Shown: positions 12,401-25,640 of the stretch, piece after piece
Numbering within the stretch: the stretch's first letter is position 1
How the letters are laid out: each line of letters opens with the position of its first letter
Assembly: GCA_051294375.1 (NCBI GenBank)
Contig: CM119264.1
Coordinates: forward strand, 9,236,764-9,300,763
Source: Paraspadella gotoi
Taxonomy: Eukaryota > Animalia > Chaetognatha
Direction: 5' to 3'
Length of the DNA stretch: 64,000 nucleotides
Position numbers and translations under genes: made by a program
Notes under the pieces: model-generated
The model's database searches: none
Told to the model about the DNA's origin: nothing
What the model saw: only the letters and a program-made list of their open reading frames with translations

Positions 12401-15400
12401 TTGGTGACCAACCTGCGTGCCAAACTACTCGAAGTCAGGTTCTTTCACCTTGGCGCGTCGAATTGTTTGCGATGCGCAAGGATGCGTTTGGGCGGGAGGG
12501 GGCCGTCGCACCACGTTAGTGTGGATTAATAAGGCGCTAAGTGGTCGCTTGAAGATTACTATCCGTTAATATCTTTAACCCCCTCTAGCAGCTATGGAAC
12601 GGGGGGTCCTGTGGCTTGGAACCAGGCCTTTCTTGAGGGTTTTCCACCGCCCCAAGGCGGCTTACGGCCGGGGGCCTCACCACTTCCCGCAAGGTAAGGT
12701 ACCGGGTTGGAAGTTAACCCCGTACCTAGTTGGTTCCTATGAGCTGAATGCTTTATCAATGAGCCACTCGGGGTCAGACTGAACGGTCTTGCATGCTTAT
12801 GAGGCGGGGTAGAACTTTAGCTATAGCCGCCCGACTATACAAGATATAAAAAAAGACAAAAAGCGACAGAGTGATTTTTAACTGTTGGCAAGGAAATGAA
12901 ATAATTCTCCTTTTAGAGAATCGCTTTCGACGCCATCTTAAAAAATAAACGGAAAACATTAAAAGCAAAAATGCGACAGAAAAAAAAAAAAAAAAAAAGC
13001 AGGTTGCTTCTCAACGTTTTGAAAAAGGATTTATGAGCTTTTGGTGGAGGAAAATAAGCCCAAGGTTGTCAGTTCTGTGCAATTATTAGCTTCATGAACG
13101 TCGTCTCTCTCTCTCTCTCTCTCTCTCTCTTCTTCGTCTCTCGTCTCTCTTCTCGTCTCTTCTCTCTTCTCTTCTCTCTCTCTCTCTTCTCTCTCTCTCC
13201 TCTTCGTGGTTCTCTCTCTCTCTCTCACGACAGGAACGAACGAAAGGAAGAAGTATATGAAGGATAAGAACGGAACGACACGAACGAAAACGAAGAACGA
13301 ACAACGGAACGAACGATACGACAATACGAAACGATAGAAACGGAAACGACAAACGAACAAACGCGAACGAACGAAGAAAACGAACGAACGAAACACGAAA
13401 CGATAACGACACGATACGATCAAGGTAAAACTGGAGGGAAAAAATCACGCTTTACCTTTCAAGGTCATCGCGAGCCTCGGTTACGACGTGAGTAAATCCC
13501 AACGAATATTGGGATCTCCAGTTTTTTTTTTTCACTCTGGAGTCACACGGAATCCACCCAACTCCTTCCCTCAATCCATCTCATGTGTCATCTCTCGCGC
13601 TCATTTTTCTATATTTGCGTCCTTCGGTCGGCTGTTGAGTGGGTTTGTTCTTCTGATCTGTCCTGTCTTGTTCTGTCGTGTCTGTCGTCTGTGCTGTCCT
13701 GTCTGTCCCACCTATATCTCAAAAGCTTTATTTGAGTCGATAATTCTGCATATTAGTATTTATTATATCGCTTTTAAATTGAGGTTTCGCTGATCAGATA
13801 ATTGTCATTTTTGTTTAAATTTTAGTTTACTAGGAGGAGGTATAATTAAAAAAATGCGTGTGGTTATGAAAATTTTTTTGTAACTTTTATCGAATTACGT
13901 GACCACGGTTTAAATGTAGTCACGAGATCCGATCATGTTTTTGCGTCTAGTACTGGATGCTTTAGCAAAAACTTAACATGTAACGTGATAAAATTCAACC
14001 TTTAGACGCTTTGTTCTGCAATATGTTATTCAATTATTAATTAATCAAAGTATCCCCTGGAAAAAATACTACGTACATGAGAAAGGGTCGCCAAAAACAC
14101 ATTTGGAATTTCTTTTCTGGTTTTTCCTTCTGACTCGTCCTCGATAAATCCTCCTTTTTCAACTTTTCACTTTTGAATAAAAGACGCAGGCCTCCCTTTA
14201 CAAAAACTTGGGTTTCCGTTTTTCTTCGATTCAAATGAATTTTGATTTTCCTTAAATTTGGGACCATCCTTTAGGGTATTCGTTGTGTAATCGCTTCCTT
14301 TGGCTGATCAAAAAATTTCTTTTCTTTTTCTTACATTTAAGTGATATTCACTATCCAAGTGCCAATCCACGTAATGTCAAAAACCTCTGTACTACCCAGG
14401 CATTCTCATTTTCTTTCTGTCACTAAAGGAAAAACTCAATTCCCACTGGACCCACCAAAAAGTCACTTCGCCGGACCTCCTCCGGTCCCGCCCCTCGACG
14501 CGCGATTTTCATCAATCACCCCCACCATCGAACCCCCCTCTCCCCTTAATTTTTTTCCTGCACTTTCCATTTTTTGATTTTTTCGTCCTAGTTCTCCTCA
14601 TCTTCTCTCGCTAAATGCTCGTTTCCAAACCGAAGGCAGACATCCCCACGGAGCCCTCGGAGGGCCGTCCCTTGGCGCGGAGAGAGAGATGAGGAGAGAG
14701 AGGAGGAGAGATGAGACGAGATATAGATAGAGAGAGAGAGGAGAAGGAGTAGAGATTAGGGAGAGAGAGGCGAGGCATTGTGAAGAGGAAGTGAGAGAGA
14801 AAGTGACTGAGAGGAGAGGCGGAGAGTTGGAGAGAGATTGAAGGATCGGGAGGGAGAAGAAAAAGAGAGAGACGGAGAGAGAGGGGGAAGAGGAGAGAAA
14901 GGGAGAGGAAAGAGAGAGAGAGAGAATTTAAAAGGAGAGACCAGAAAGAGCGAGAGGATAAAGAGAGAGGGGAGAAGAAATAGAGGAGAGGGAAGAAGAG
15001 AAAAGAGAGGAGAACAGTACTTCTAGAGGTCGGAATGCCGCTTGGGTGAAGTCCGTACAGAAGAGGACAGCGTCAAGCGAAGATTGCTGGACGAGCATCC
15101 GCTCTGCTCCGCTGGCGGCTAGACGAAGAAAAAAAGAGATGGAGGAGAATGAGAGAGAGACAAATATTAATAGCCGGAAGAGTAATCTACGGCTCGAGAG
15201 AGGGTGAGAGAGAAGAGGGGAAAGGAGAAAGAGAGGCTGACAGCATGACGATCGTAGCCGGCTCTCACTAAAAGAAGCGGAGAGAGGGAGAGAGAGACTG
15301 AGAGAAGAACATCCAAAAGAAGAAAGAAAAAAAAAGAAAGCCCAACCTACGAAAGAAAAAAAAGAAAAAAAAAAAAAAAAAAAAAAAAAATAAAAAAAAG

Positions 15401-15645
15401 AGAAAGGAAAAAAAAAAGAAAAGATAAGAAAAATATGAAAAGATAATCGAGAAAGAAAAAGGAAAGAATAAGAAGGATAAAAAAAAAAAAGAAGAAAAAA
15501 AAAGAAAAAAAAAAAAGATAAGAAGGATTACATGAAAGAAAGAAAGAAGAAGAATCGAATAGCGAAATAAAAAAAGGAGAGCACGGGAAAAAGAGGAAAA
15601 AAAAAGAAAAAAAAAACAAAAAAAAAAAAAAAAAAAAAAAGAAAG

Positions 15646-15742
<97 letters not shown>

Positions 15743-16060
15743 AAGAAAAAAAAAAAAAAAAAAAAAAAGGGAAGAAAAGATTTAAGGATTATCAAATAAC
15801 GACAGCACAAAGAACACCGAAAGAAAGAAAAACACAAAAAACAGAAAGAAAGAAGAAAGAAAAAAATAAGAAAAAGAAAGAAAGAGAAGGAAAGAGAAAG
15901 AAGAAGACCAAGGATAGAAAGAACGAAAGAAGAAAGAAAGAAAAAGAATAGAAAAGAGAAAGAGAGAAAGGAAAGAAGAAAGAAAGAAAGCAACCCCGAA
16001 AGAAAGAAAGAAAAGGAAAGCAAAGACAAATAGAAATTAAGAAAGTAAAAGAAAGAAGGA

Positions 16061-16092
<32 letters not shown>

Positions 16093-17042
16093 CAAAGGAA
16101 AGAACAGAAAGAAAGAAATGAAAAAAGAAAGAGAGGAAAACCTGAACTAAAATCGAAAGAAGAAGACCATATTTAAAAAACAGAAAATGTTCGGATATTG
16201 AGCAGGGGACATCAAGTTTGTTGCCGGCAATTGACGTCAAAGGGACCAGCGTGTCCTCGCCCAGATGTCAAAAAAATTTTGGTTCTGGCGTCATGAGAAT
16301 TATTTTTAGTAAATTTTCACCTTCGTCACTTCAAACGTTCTGACGCTATTTCGAGGATATATGCGTTATAATTGGATCGTGCAGGCGAAACCAGCAATCC
16401 TTTCAGCTTTAAAATCTTTTTATCAAAACTAAAAGCAAGATCCTTCCGTGATTTCAGAATTTTATCCAAGCTCTCAACAGAGATAATCATATTTCCTACG
16501 TCGCGATAGACGCAGATCTGGTCAAGATCATTTTCTTCAGATCGGTCATAAACGATTCATCCCCCAACTTCTTCCTTCACCCCCCCGCCCATTCCTCCTC
16601 ATAATGACTCTATCAGTTCGTTCAAATCTACCTTGCGTCCCTCGTCCAGACTCCAGCAGAGACTCAACCACCACGAGGGAGTGGGGGATGAATCGTTTAT
16701 GACCGATTGAAGAAAAGATCTTGACAGATCTGCGTCTATCGCGATCGTAGGAAATGATATCTCTGTTGAGCGAGCTTGGATAAAATCTGAAATCACGGAA
16801 GGATCTTGGCTTTAGTTTTGATAAAAGATTTTAAAGCTGAAAGGATTGCTGGTTCGCCTGCACGATCCAATTATAACGCATAATCTCGAAATAGCGTCAG
16901 AACGTTGAAGTGACGAAGGTAAAATTTACTAAATAATAATTCTCGCCAGAACCAAAATTTTTTGACATCTGGCGACGAAGCTGTCCTTTGACGTCATTGC
17001 CGGCACAAACTTGGATTCCCTGCTCAATATCCGAACATTTTC

Positions 17043-17924
17043 NNNNNNNNNNNNNNNNNNNNNNNNNNNNNNNNNNNNNNNNNNNNNNNNNNNNNNNNNN
17101 NNNNNNNNNNNNNNNNNNNNNNNNNNNNNNNNNNNNNNNNNNNNNNNNNNNNNNNNNNNNNNNNNNNNNNNNNNNNNNNNNNNNNNNNNNNNNNNNNNNN
17201 NNNNNNNNNNNNNNNNNNNNNNNNNNNNNNNNNNNNNNNNNNNNNNNNNNNNNNNNNNNNNNNNNNNNNNNNNNNNNNNNNNNNNNNNNNNNNNNNNNNN
17301 NNNNNNNNNNNNNNNNNNNNNNNNNNNNNNNNNNNNNNNNNNNNNNNNNNNNNNNNNNNNNNNNNNNNNNNNNNNNNNNNNNNNNNNNNNNNNNNNNNNN
17401 NNNNNNNNNNNNNNNNNNNNNNNNNNNNNNNNNNNNNNNNNNNNNNNNNNNNNNNNNNNNNNNNNNNNNNNNNNNNNNNNNNNNNNNNNNNNNNNNNNNN
17501 NNNNNNNNNNNNNNNNNNNNNNNNNNNNNNNNNNNNNNNNNNNNNNNNNNNNNNNNNNNNNNNNNNNNNNNNNNNNNNNNNNNNNNNNNNNNNNNNNNNN
17601 NNNNNNNNNNNNNNNNNNNNNNNNNNNNNNNNNNNNNNNNNNNNNNNNNNNNNNNNNNNNNNNNNNNNNNNNNNNNNNNNNNNNNNNNNNNNNNNNNNNN
17701 NNNNNNNNNNNNNNNNNNNNNNNNNNNNNNNNNNNNNNNNNNNNNNNNNNNNNNNNNNNNNNNNNNNNNNNNNNNNNNNNNNNNNNNNNNNNNNNNNNNN
17801 NNNNNNNNNNNNNNNNNNNNNNNNNNNNNNNNNNNNNNNNNNNNNNNNNNNNNNNNNNNNNNNNNNNNNNNNNNNNNNNNNNNNNNNNNNNNNNNNNNNN
17901 NNNNNNNNNNNNNNNNNNNNNNNN
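17043..17924. other. Assembly gap (882 N)
   Basis: N run. Other gaps: 156-180, 6136-6160, 8194-8218, 19123-19147, 41648-41657, 63629-63653. Confidence 1.
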
Positions 17925-17955
<31 letters not shown>

Positions 17956-18835
17956 CAAGGACGCCCTCCGGAGGCTCTGGATGTCTGCCTCGGTTTCGGA
18001 AACGAGCATTTAGCGCCAGAGAAGATGAGGTGAATGAGGACGAATAAATGGAAAGTGCAGGGAATTAAGGGGAGAGTCGATGTGGGGTGATTGATGAAAA
18101 TCGGCGTCAGAGCGGGACGGAGGAGTCGGGAGTGACTTTTGTGGTCCAGTGGGGAATTGAGTTTTCCTTTAGTGGACAGAAAGAATGAGAATGCTGGGTA
18201 GTACAAGAGGGTTTTGACATAGTGGATGGCGCTTGGGATAGTGAATACACTTAAATGTATAAGAAAAAGAATAGAGAATTTATATCTAGGCCAAAGGATA
18301 GCGATTACAATTCGAATACCTAAAGGAGGTGCCCAATTAAGGAAAATCAAAATTCATGAATCGAGGAACGGAAACCCAAGTTTGTAAAGGGAGGCCTGCG
18401 TCTTTTATTCAAAGTGAAAAGTTGAAAAGTGAGAATTATGAGGACGAGTAGAAGGAAAACAAGAAAAAGAAAAATCCAATGTGTTGCGACTTTCTCATTA
18501 CGTATATTTTTCCAGGGGATAATTTGATTATTAATAATGAAATACATTTGCAACAAGCGTCTAATGGTTGATCACTTACATGTTAAGTTTTTGCTAAAGC
18601 AATCCAGTACTACGCAAAACAATGATCGGATCTCGTGACTCTATTTAACCGTGGTCACGTAATTCGATAAGTACAAAATAATTTTCATAACACGCATTTT
18701 AATATACCTCTCCTAGTAACTAAATTTAAACAAAAATGAAATTATCTGATCAGGCAACCTCAATTTTAAAGGATATAAAAATATACTAATGATGCAGAAT
18801 TATCGAACTCAAATAAGCTTTTGAGATATAGGTGG

Positions 18836-18881
<46 letters not shown>

Positions 18882-19295
18882 ACAAACCACCAACCGACCG
18901 AAGGACGCAAATAAGAAAAATGAGCGCGAGAGATACTGAGATGGAGTGAGGGAAGGAGTTGGGTGGATCCTGTGTGACTCAGAGTGAAACTGGAGATCCC
19001 AAATCCGTTGGGATTTACTCACGTCGTAACAGCTCGCGATGACCTTGAAGAGTAAAGCGTGACTTTTTCCCTCCAGTTTTACTTGATCGTTCGTTCGTTC
19101 GTTCGTTCGTTCGTTCGTTCGTNNNNNNNNNNNNNNNNNNNNNNNNNTGCTCTCCATCTCTATCGTCTCCCTGCGCGTGATCTCCTCATCTCTCATTGTC
19201 TCTCTCTCTCATACTCCACAGAAGGAACGAACGAAGGAATGAAGGAATGAAGGAACGAAGGAACAAACGAACGAACGAACGAACGAACGCAACGA

Positions 19296-19329
<34 letters not shown>

Positions 19330-19554
19330 GACGTTCATGAAGCTAATAAGTTGCACGCAACTGACAACCTTGGGCTTATTTCCTCACCAAAGCTCATAAT
19401 CTTTTCAACTTGAGAGCAACCTGCTTTTTTTTCTGTCGCATTTTGCTTTTATGTTTTTCGTTTATTTTTTAAGATGCGTCGAAGCATCTCTAAAAGGAAA
19501 TTATTTCATCCTGCAACAAGTGTAAATCACTCTGTCGATTTGTTTTTTTTATAT

Positions 19555-21792
19555 GACACAATGAAAAATAACGTGGCGTTACTGTTCTCGTGCTGATTTT
19601 TCCCTTTAAAAATTATTTCTGAGCCAAATTAATTATTATTACTTTGGTATATGTGCGATATACACTACTGGACATTACTGTGTCTGACTTAACCCTTGAC
19701 CATCAACAAAAAAGCTAACTAGATCAAAAATAGTAAAAAAGATGAAGCAATATAGCTCGAAACGCTTACAAAATTTTAGACCATTGCTTTTATAAATGCA
19801 AAAAAAAAATTAATATTATTAAAAAAATTTTAACGATAACTTAATAGTTAACCGAAACCAAGATGAATATTTTACCCATCATTTCCTCAATTTGATATGA
19901 ATCATATGTTTGTAATTAGTCAATTAATGCTAAATAACAATATGCACAATTCATTTTCAATTTTTTTTATGAATGGGAAGTTTTTACTGCTTACTCCCCT
20001 TGTGTTTAATTATCTAATATATTTTAGAGGTATTTCCAAAAACCTTAATATTAATTACTATATTTTTCACTTTTTTTCAATTCTTTCAAAACAAAACAAC
20101 ATCATAAAAACATTTTAAATTTAATAAAAAAAAATTGATTGAATGATTTTGAAAAAAATATTTTGAAACTTGAGAATAATGGATTTTCGAGTTAGGAAAA
20201 AAATTTTGCAATTCTAAAAATCAGCCTCTAGCCTTTCGATTTTCTAGAGGCTGATTTTTTTTATTTTTTTTGATATTTTGATTTTCTATGCAAAACCATT
20301 ATTTCTCAATGAGTATAGGTAGGAGGAAATTTTTTCCAACAATTTGAAAAAATTTCGCTTTTTTAATTAGGCTTTTTTGGGGAAATAAATAAATCAATTA
20401 ATTATACAATGGTACATCTGAAAGTGATATGTCTCTTAAATGAACAAAAAATTTTCTTCAAGTGTTTATTTTAAAATTTAAGTATTGTATCTAATGAGAA
20501 ATAAGTAAGATACTCCCGCTTTGCCAAAATTTTTATTTACAAAGATTTGTCTGCGCGTAGTTTTAAAAAAAGGTTATTTATTAAAATAACTTTTGAAAGA
20601 AAAGAGCTAGCAAGATGGGGTGGTATCAAATTAAAGCCCTTAATCATGGGACACCTTTCTAAAAAAGTTTTATTAAATTAAATCCATAAATCTTTACACA
20701 GCTTTTGTTTAAATCAGAGTTAAAATTATAACAGTTTTTTTGCTTTAAAAAATTTTTAATGAAGGCATATGAAATTTTTTATTTTTCTTTTGTAATTTAA
20801 AAAAGGCAAAGACTGAATTACATTTTGATTATTATTAAATTTTCTTTATTCCATAAAAACTGCTTATATTTTTAAGGTAAAGTAAAAAACAAGCAAAAAA
20901 TTTTATATTGTAGTTTGATAAAATGTCTTTTTAAATATCAAAAACTGATAAATACAAAAATGTTTTCAGCTTATATAAACAGGTCTGGACATCTACCTTC
21001 TTGTCTGTGAAAAAAAATCGGCATTTTTTATTATCTTTAACTGCAAACAAAAGCTTGACACACTGCTTGTTTATCATATAAAGTTTTAAAAATTAATAGC
21101 TGGCAATATATTTGACAAAGCAAGACATCATTGTGTTAAATTGTATTGATAATTTTCTTTTAAATATAGCAAGGAATTTAATTCTATTATTTATCATCCA
21201 TTTAATTAAGAAAAAAATATTTCTCGTATAATAGCCCATTTAGAAAGGGTTCATTGACTGACTTAATGATCGAATTTTTTAGATATCTTTACTGCCCCCA
21301 TTTCACAAGATATAAAAGGTCATGGTTATTCATGTCAGTAAGTCCAGATTATCTGTACCCTTTATACAGACCTGCATTCTGAATTTTCTTTTTCCCTTTC
21401 AAATGTATTAAATAAAAAAAATTATTTGAGAGAACAATCGGCGCGGAGGATGCAATTGGTAAGCCTTAGTTACGCCACTTCCCGATCGAATTTTAAATGA
21501 GGTTTTTTTTCCATCTATTTGAGACATAACACTAACTATTGTTACTATTATTTTTTTAATCTTTTTTTTATTACAATTCTAGGAATAAAATGAATAAGTA
21601 ACTTTTTAAAAATTTATCACTTTCACCCTATATTCAGTCAATCTAAAAAACAAAAAAGATTTTGCATTGATATTTTGCGATATGGACATATGAAACTATA
21701 ACGTTTCAAAAATAAAAAGAAATATAATAATATTGAAGCGTCAATTTTTTTTATGCACGGAACAGTAACGTTACGCCAATTTTTCATTTGTC
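19555..21792. mobile_element. Non-autonomous DNA transposon, ~38-bp imperfect TIRs, 4-bp ATAT TSD (Sola1-like by TSD)
   Basis: Left end GACACAATGAAAAATAACGTGGCGTTACTGTTCTCGTGC; reverse complement of right end GACAAATGAAAAATTGGCGTAACGTTACTGTTCCGTGC. ATAT lies at 19551-19554 and 21793-21796. The interior is AT-rich with no ORF, and the element is absent from the other locus copy. The superfamily is inferred only from the AWWT-type 4-bp TSD. Confidence 0.8.
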
Positions 21793-22683
21793 ATATCTAA
21801 TTTTGTATCTAATTTTAGTTTGGCAGTATTCGTCACCGCATCGTTTTTTTTTCAACTCTCTCTTTCAAAAAAGTTTAAAAATTCAAAATTGAGGAGTTTT
21901 TCCCCCTTGTATAAAGTTCTTTCAGAGCCGACAGAAAAGGGAAGAAAGAAGGAAAGAAAGAAAAGAAAAAGAAGAGAAACCTATAACGTTTTTCGCGAGA
22001 CTTTTTCTATAGAAAAGAAAAACAGAAAAAAAAAGGTCAAAGAGAGAGAAGGACATGAGCGCAAATCGAAGAAGATACTGCAGCTAAGAATGCAATTCAA
22101 ACAACTATCAATCAACTATCAATCAACTATCAATCAACTATCAATCAACTATCAATCAGCAAAGAAAAATTTCCCAAAAAAATTAATGACTTGTGATGAC
22201 ATTCTAAAAAAATTTTTCATTTTTCTTGATAGTAAAGAACGACAAAAGCGCGAATAGATATTAAAACAAAATAAAATAATAATAAACACTAAAACTAATA
22301 TGAAAGATTATATTCTTTATATTCTATTAAACTATAATTTTGGAACCCCCCCCCCAAAAAAAAAAAAAACGAAGGACTAGAAGCTCCAGCCGTCGCCGAT
22401 TCAGCATCGAGAGTCGAGACATACAGTAAAGAATCCCGCGGGATTTGGAGAAAAGGAAAAGAAAAGGATAAAGAAGAAAAAAAGGAAGAAAAAAGGGGAA
22501 GCTCGAGTCGGGACAGTGGACTAATTTGGATATATGAAGCCATTTTTCACGGAGGGGAGACCTCGGTTGGCGGTTAATCAGCTCTCAGGTGCTTTGGTGC
22601 CAAATGCAATAAATCATCATATTCCTGCTGCCTCAGTTTGTTTTGAAAGTGGGAGAGAGAGAGGGCGTTGGGGTTGAAGGGAG

Positions 22684-22733
<50 letters not shown>

Positions 22734-22946
22734 AAATTTAGATTGATGGAAGATATATAATCCGTAAGGAAAGAAGTTTCCTTGTCTTGACATTCTCAGT
22801 TGAAACGACGCTTTTTTTCTCTTCCCTTTCTTCACATCTATTCTTTTTTTTTTCACATCGGCCTAACAACTGACAACTAAATTTAAAAAAAAAACAATTA
22901 CTCAAGAAAAACAAATATTAAATTTTATTATTTTCGGCAATGTGAG

Positions 22947-23022
<76 letters not shown>

Positions 23023-23583
23023 TTATTCTGCCCTATTGAATTGGTGACATCCATTCCTTAAGGCTTCACCATCCTTTGTTTTTGCATATCTCTCCAGAGA
23101 AAAGATTTAAAGGTCTCAACCTTTGAATACTTAAACACATATTTTTCTTTGACTTTTTGCTTTCTTCATAAATTTTCATCAATCAAATATTCAAATAAAA
23201 ACAAATTTAAAATAAAAAGAAACAAAATGTTGAAACATAAACAAGAAATATAAAAGAAGTTAGGAGAAAAAGTGTGAAAGAGAATAATCCAGAATACAGA
23301 GAAAGAGTCGTTTGTTCAAGAACAAAAGAGCAAGAAGTGAAAAACGAATCAAAGGAAGTGAGACGAAGTCGTAAATCAAAGCAAGAAAAAAAAGAGAAAA
23401 GAAAAAAGTGATTCTATTGATAGGCAGCCGAGTAAGATGATGGGAGGAATGAAACACAGAAACAAGAAAATAGGAAAGAGAAGGAAAAGAAAAAACGAAA
23501 AAAAAAATTGAGTGATATAAATATTTAAAGGAAACTAAGAAAAAAACATGAGAGAGAAAAAAGAAAGAAATGAAGAAAGAAAA

Positions 23584-23586
23584 AAA

Positions 23587-23673
<87 letters not shown>

Positions 23674-23775
23674 AGAAATAAAGAAAAAAAGAAAGAAAAC
23701 AAAATATAAAAATAGAAAAAAACAGAGAAGAAAAGAAAGAAAATGAGGGAAAAGAAAGTGGACAGAAAAAGAAAA

Positions 23776-23859
<84 letters not shown>

Positions 23860-23863
23860 ACGA

Positions 23864-23893
<30 letters not shown>
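23584..23893. repeat. (AAAT)n and (AAAG)n microsatellite cluster
   Basis: Direct reading; representative of dozens of (AG)n, (AAAG)n and (GAC)n tracts across the window. Confidence 0.9.
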
Positions 23894-23894
<1 letters not shown>

Positions 23895-24361
23895 TGAGAG
23901 AATAAAATGATGAGTTCGAACCCGGATGACTCGAGGTCACCCAATCCATGGGAGTCGAGTTGATATCTCTGGCAGCATCGCGCAGCAAACGTAATCACGA
24001 AGTTCCACTTCTGCAGCAAATCTTTGCTCGCGCACCCGCTGCACCCGCATCCCGCACATCCCTTCTTTATAGTGACCTTCACTACCATTTCTTCAAGTTA
24101 AACTGCTAACAAAATTGGGGAGTATAGAATAATTTAGTAGTAAAGTATTATAATATTCGTATCATAAGATTACAAGGCAGTGCCTAGTAGTGCCTAGTAG
24201 GCACTAAATTCGCTACGATTCTACTCCCCTTGCCGCCCCCCCCCAACCTCGCCGCCCTACCCTCGACAAACCTATTCGGTTTAGAAAGTTGCAAGAGACG
24301 AGGCCGAATTCAAAATCAAACACGTCTCAGGTGACCGTGAGGGCAAGTTAGGCATAGAATG

Positions 24362-24437
<76 letters not shown>

Positions 24438-24469
24438 CAGACAGACATACTAACACAAAGAAAGAAGAA

Positions 24470-24501
<32 letters not shown>

Positions 24502-25530
24502 ATAAAAAAAAAGAAAGAACGAAAGAAAAGAATGGAAGAAAAGAAAGAGAGAGAGAAGAGGAGAAAAGAGGTTAAGCCTCGGTCACGAGTCAAGCGAAAA
24601 TAGGCTTCGGAACCAATTGTGTCTCGAATCTAAGAAGTTTTAGGTCCTTTAGTTCATCCGTCTTCATCGAATACGGTCTAGTCACTTGTACTAGTTCAAG
24701 AATAAAAGGTAAGTACAAAAGGAAGGGATGAAAGAACGAAAAGCACGTGCGAACGAACGAACTAAAGAACGAACTAACTAACTAACGAAACGAAACGAAA
24801 CGAAACGAACGAAACGAACAAAACGAAAAAACGAAACGTCCCTACCGAGCGGTTTTTTTCTGTGATTCCTCCTCGGGGTCGCGAGGTGGGATTGAGCGAG
24901 AGCCGAGGTCAAGGGGTCGCTTTCGCCGCGAGGAAATATATGACGCGGCGATGACGTTCGGATTTGGTTGTCATGACGACGTCGTTGGGTATGCAGCGCC
25001 GCCGCCCGGCGCAGATTGCGTCTCTCTCTCTCTCTCTCTCTCTCACTCTCGACATCTCGTCTAGTCTGTCAGGAGAAGAAGGTCTGTCATGACAGAGAAT
25101 TTGGGCTGAGTGAGACTCAATTCTCCGATACGTAATACGGGCAATCGAGGCAATGTGTGTTGCTTTTTGACATCGTCTCTCTGTTGCTTGGTATCCCAAT
25201 ATTGTGGTCGCTTGTCGACAGTGTGCTTTTTCCCCAGTTCACTCGATGTGTTTCAATGATAAGTTTATCCTAATAATGGCCGCTTTAATTTCGAAAACTG
25301 TCAAGTCAAAACTACTGTCAAGATTTAATGAACTTGAGGTCGCCATTAGATAAAATATAGTAGAGAATTTTTATGTATTTTAAGAGGAGCAACAGAAACT
25401 ATGACGAGGCACCCATTCCTCGACAGAATCTGGTGCGGAATATGGAAAGGAAAATTTCTTTCTTCATCATATCTGTCTCCCTACTTATTCTTTTTTTTTC
25501 CTTATCTCGTGTTTTTCGGTCCATCGCTCA

Positions 25531-25640
<110 letters not shown>

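Larger units (their letters stand above)
9909..12843 (-). mobile_element. Gypsy/Ty3 LTR retrotransposon, 5'-truncated (integrase + PPT + 3' LTR)
   Basis: The segment is absent from the homologous locus copy at 17925-23400 and is bounded by ATAT at 9905-9908 and 12844-12847. Frameshifted minus-strand peptides match Gypsy integrase: zinc-binding region (RRIAENFV...VRSCQARK), core (HIHV...SNG, RYLLTASDRFS, AQFT.STIWTQ, RTTVKPDIGGT) and GPY/F C-terminus (LRPYDGPFK, FKVEI...KPAH). Confidence 0.85.
8219..23400. repeat. Large inverted duplication (8219-16680 is the reverse complement of ~16683-23400 plus 5809-5920)
   Basis: 8219-9908 = rc(21793-23400); 12844-14680 = rc(17940-19554); 16183-16566 = rc(16683-17042); 16366-16682 = rc(5809-6135). 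Confidence 0.88.

Noticed and set aside
10560-12843. Bacterial or viral contamination (GC-rich, ORF-dense stretch)
   Set aside because: The motifs are Gypsy integrase, with a PPT and LTR end.
16897-18350. Longest ORFs in the track (340-473 aa)
   Set aside because: They are open only because they run through the 882-N gap.
23915-24102. Cys-rich minus-strand exon candidate (KKGCAGCGCSGCASK)
   Set aside because: The frame is ambiguous, there is no clear donor, and no family is recognised.
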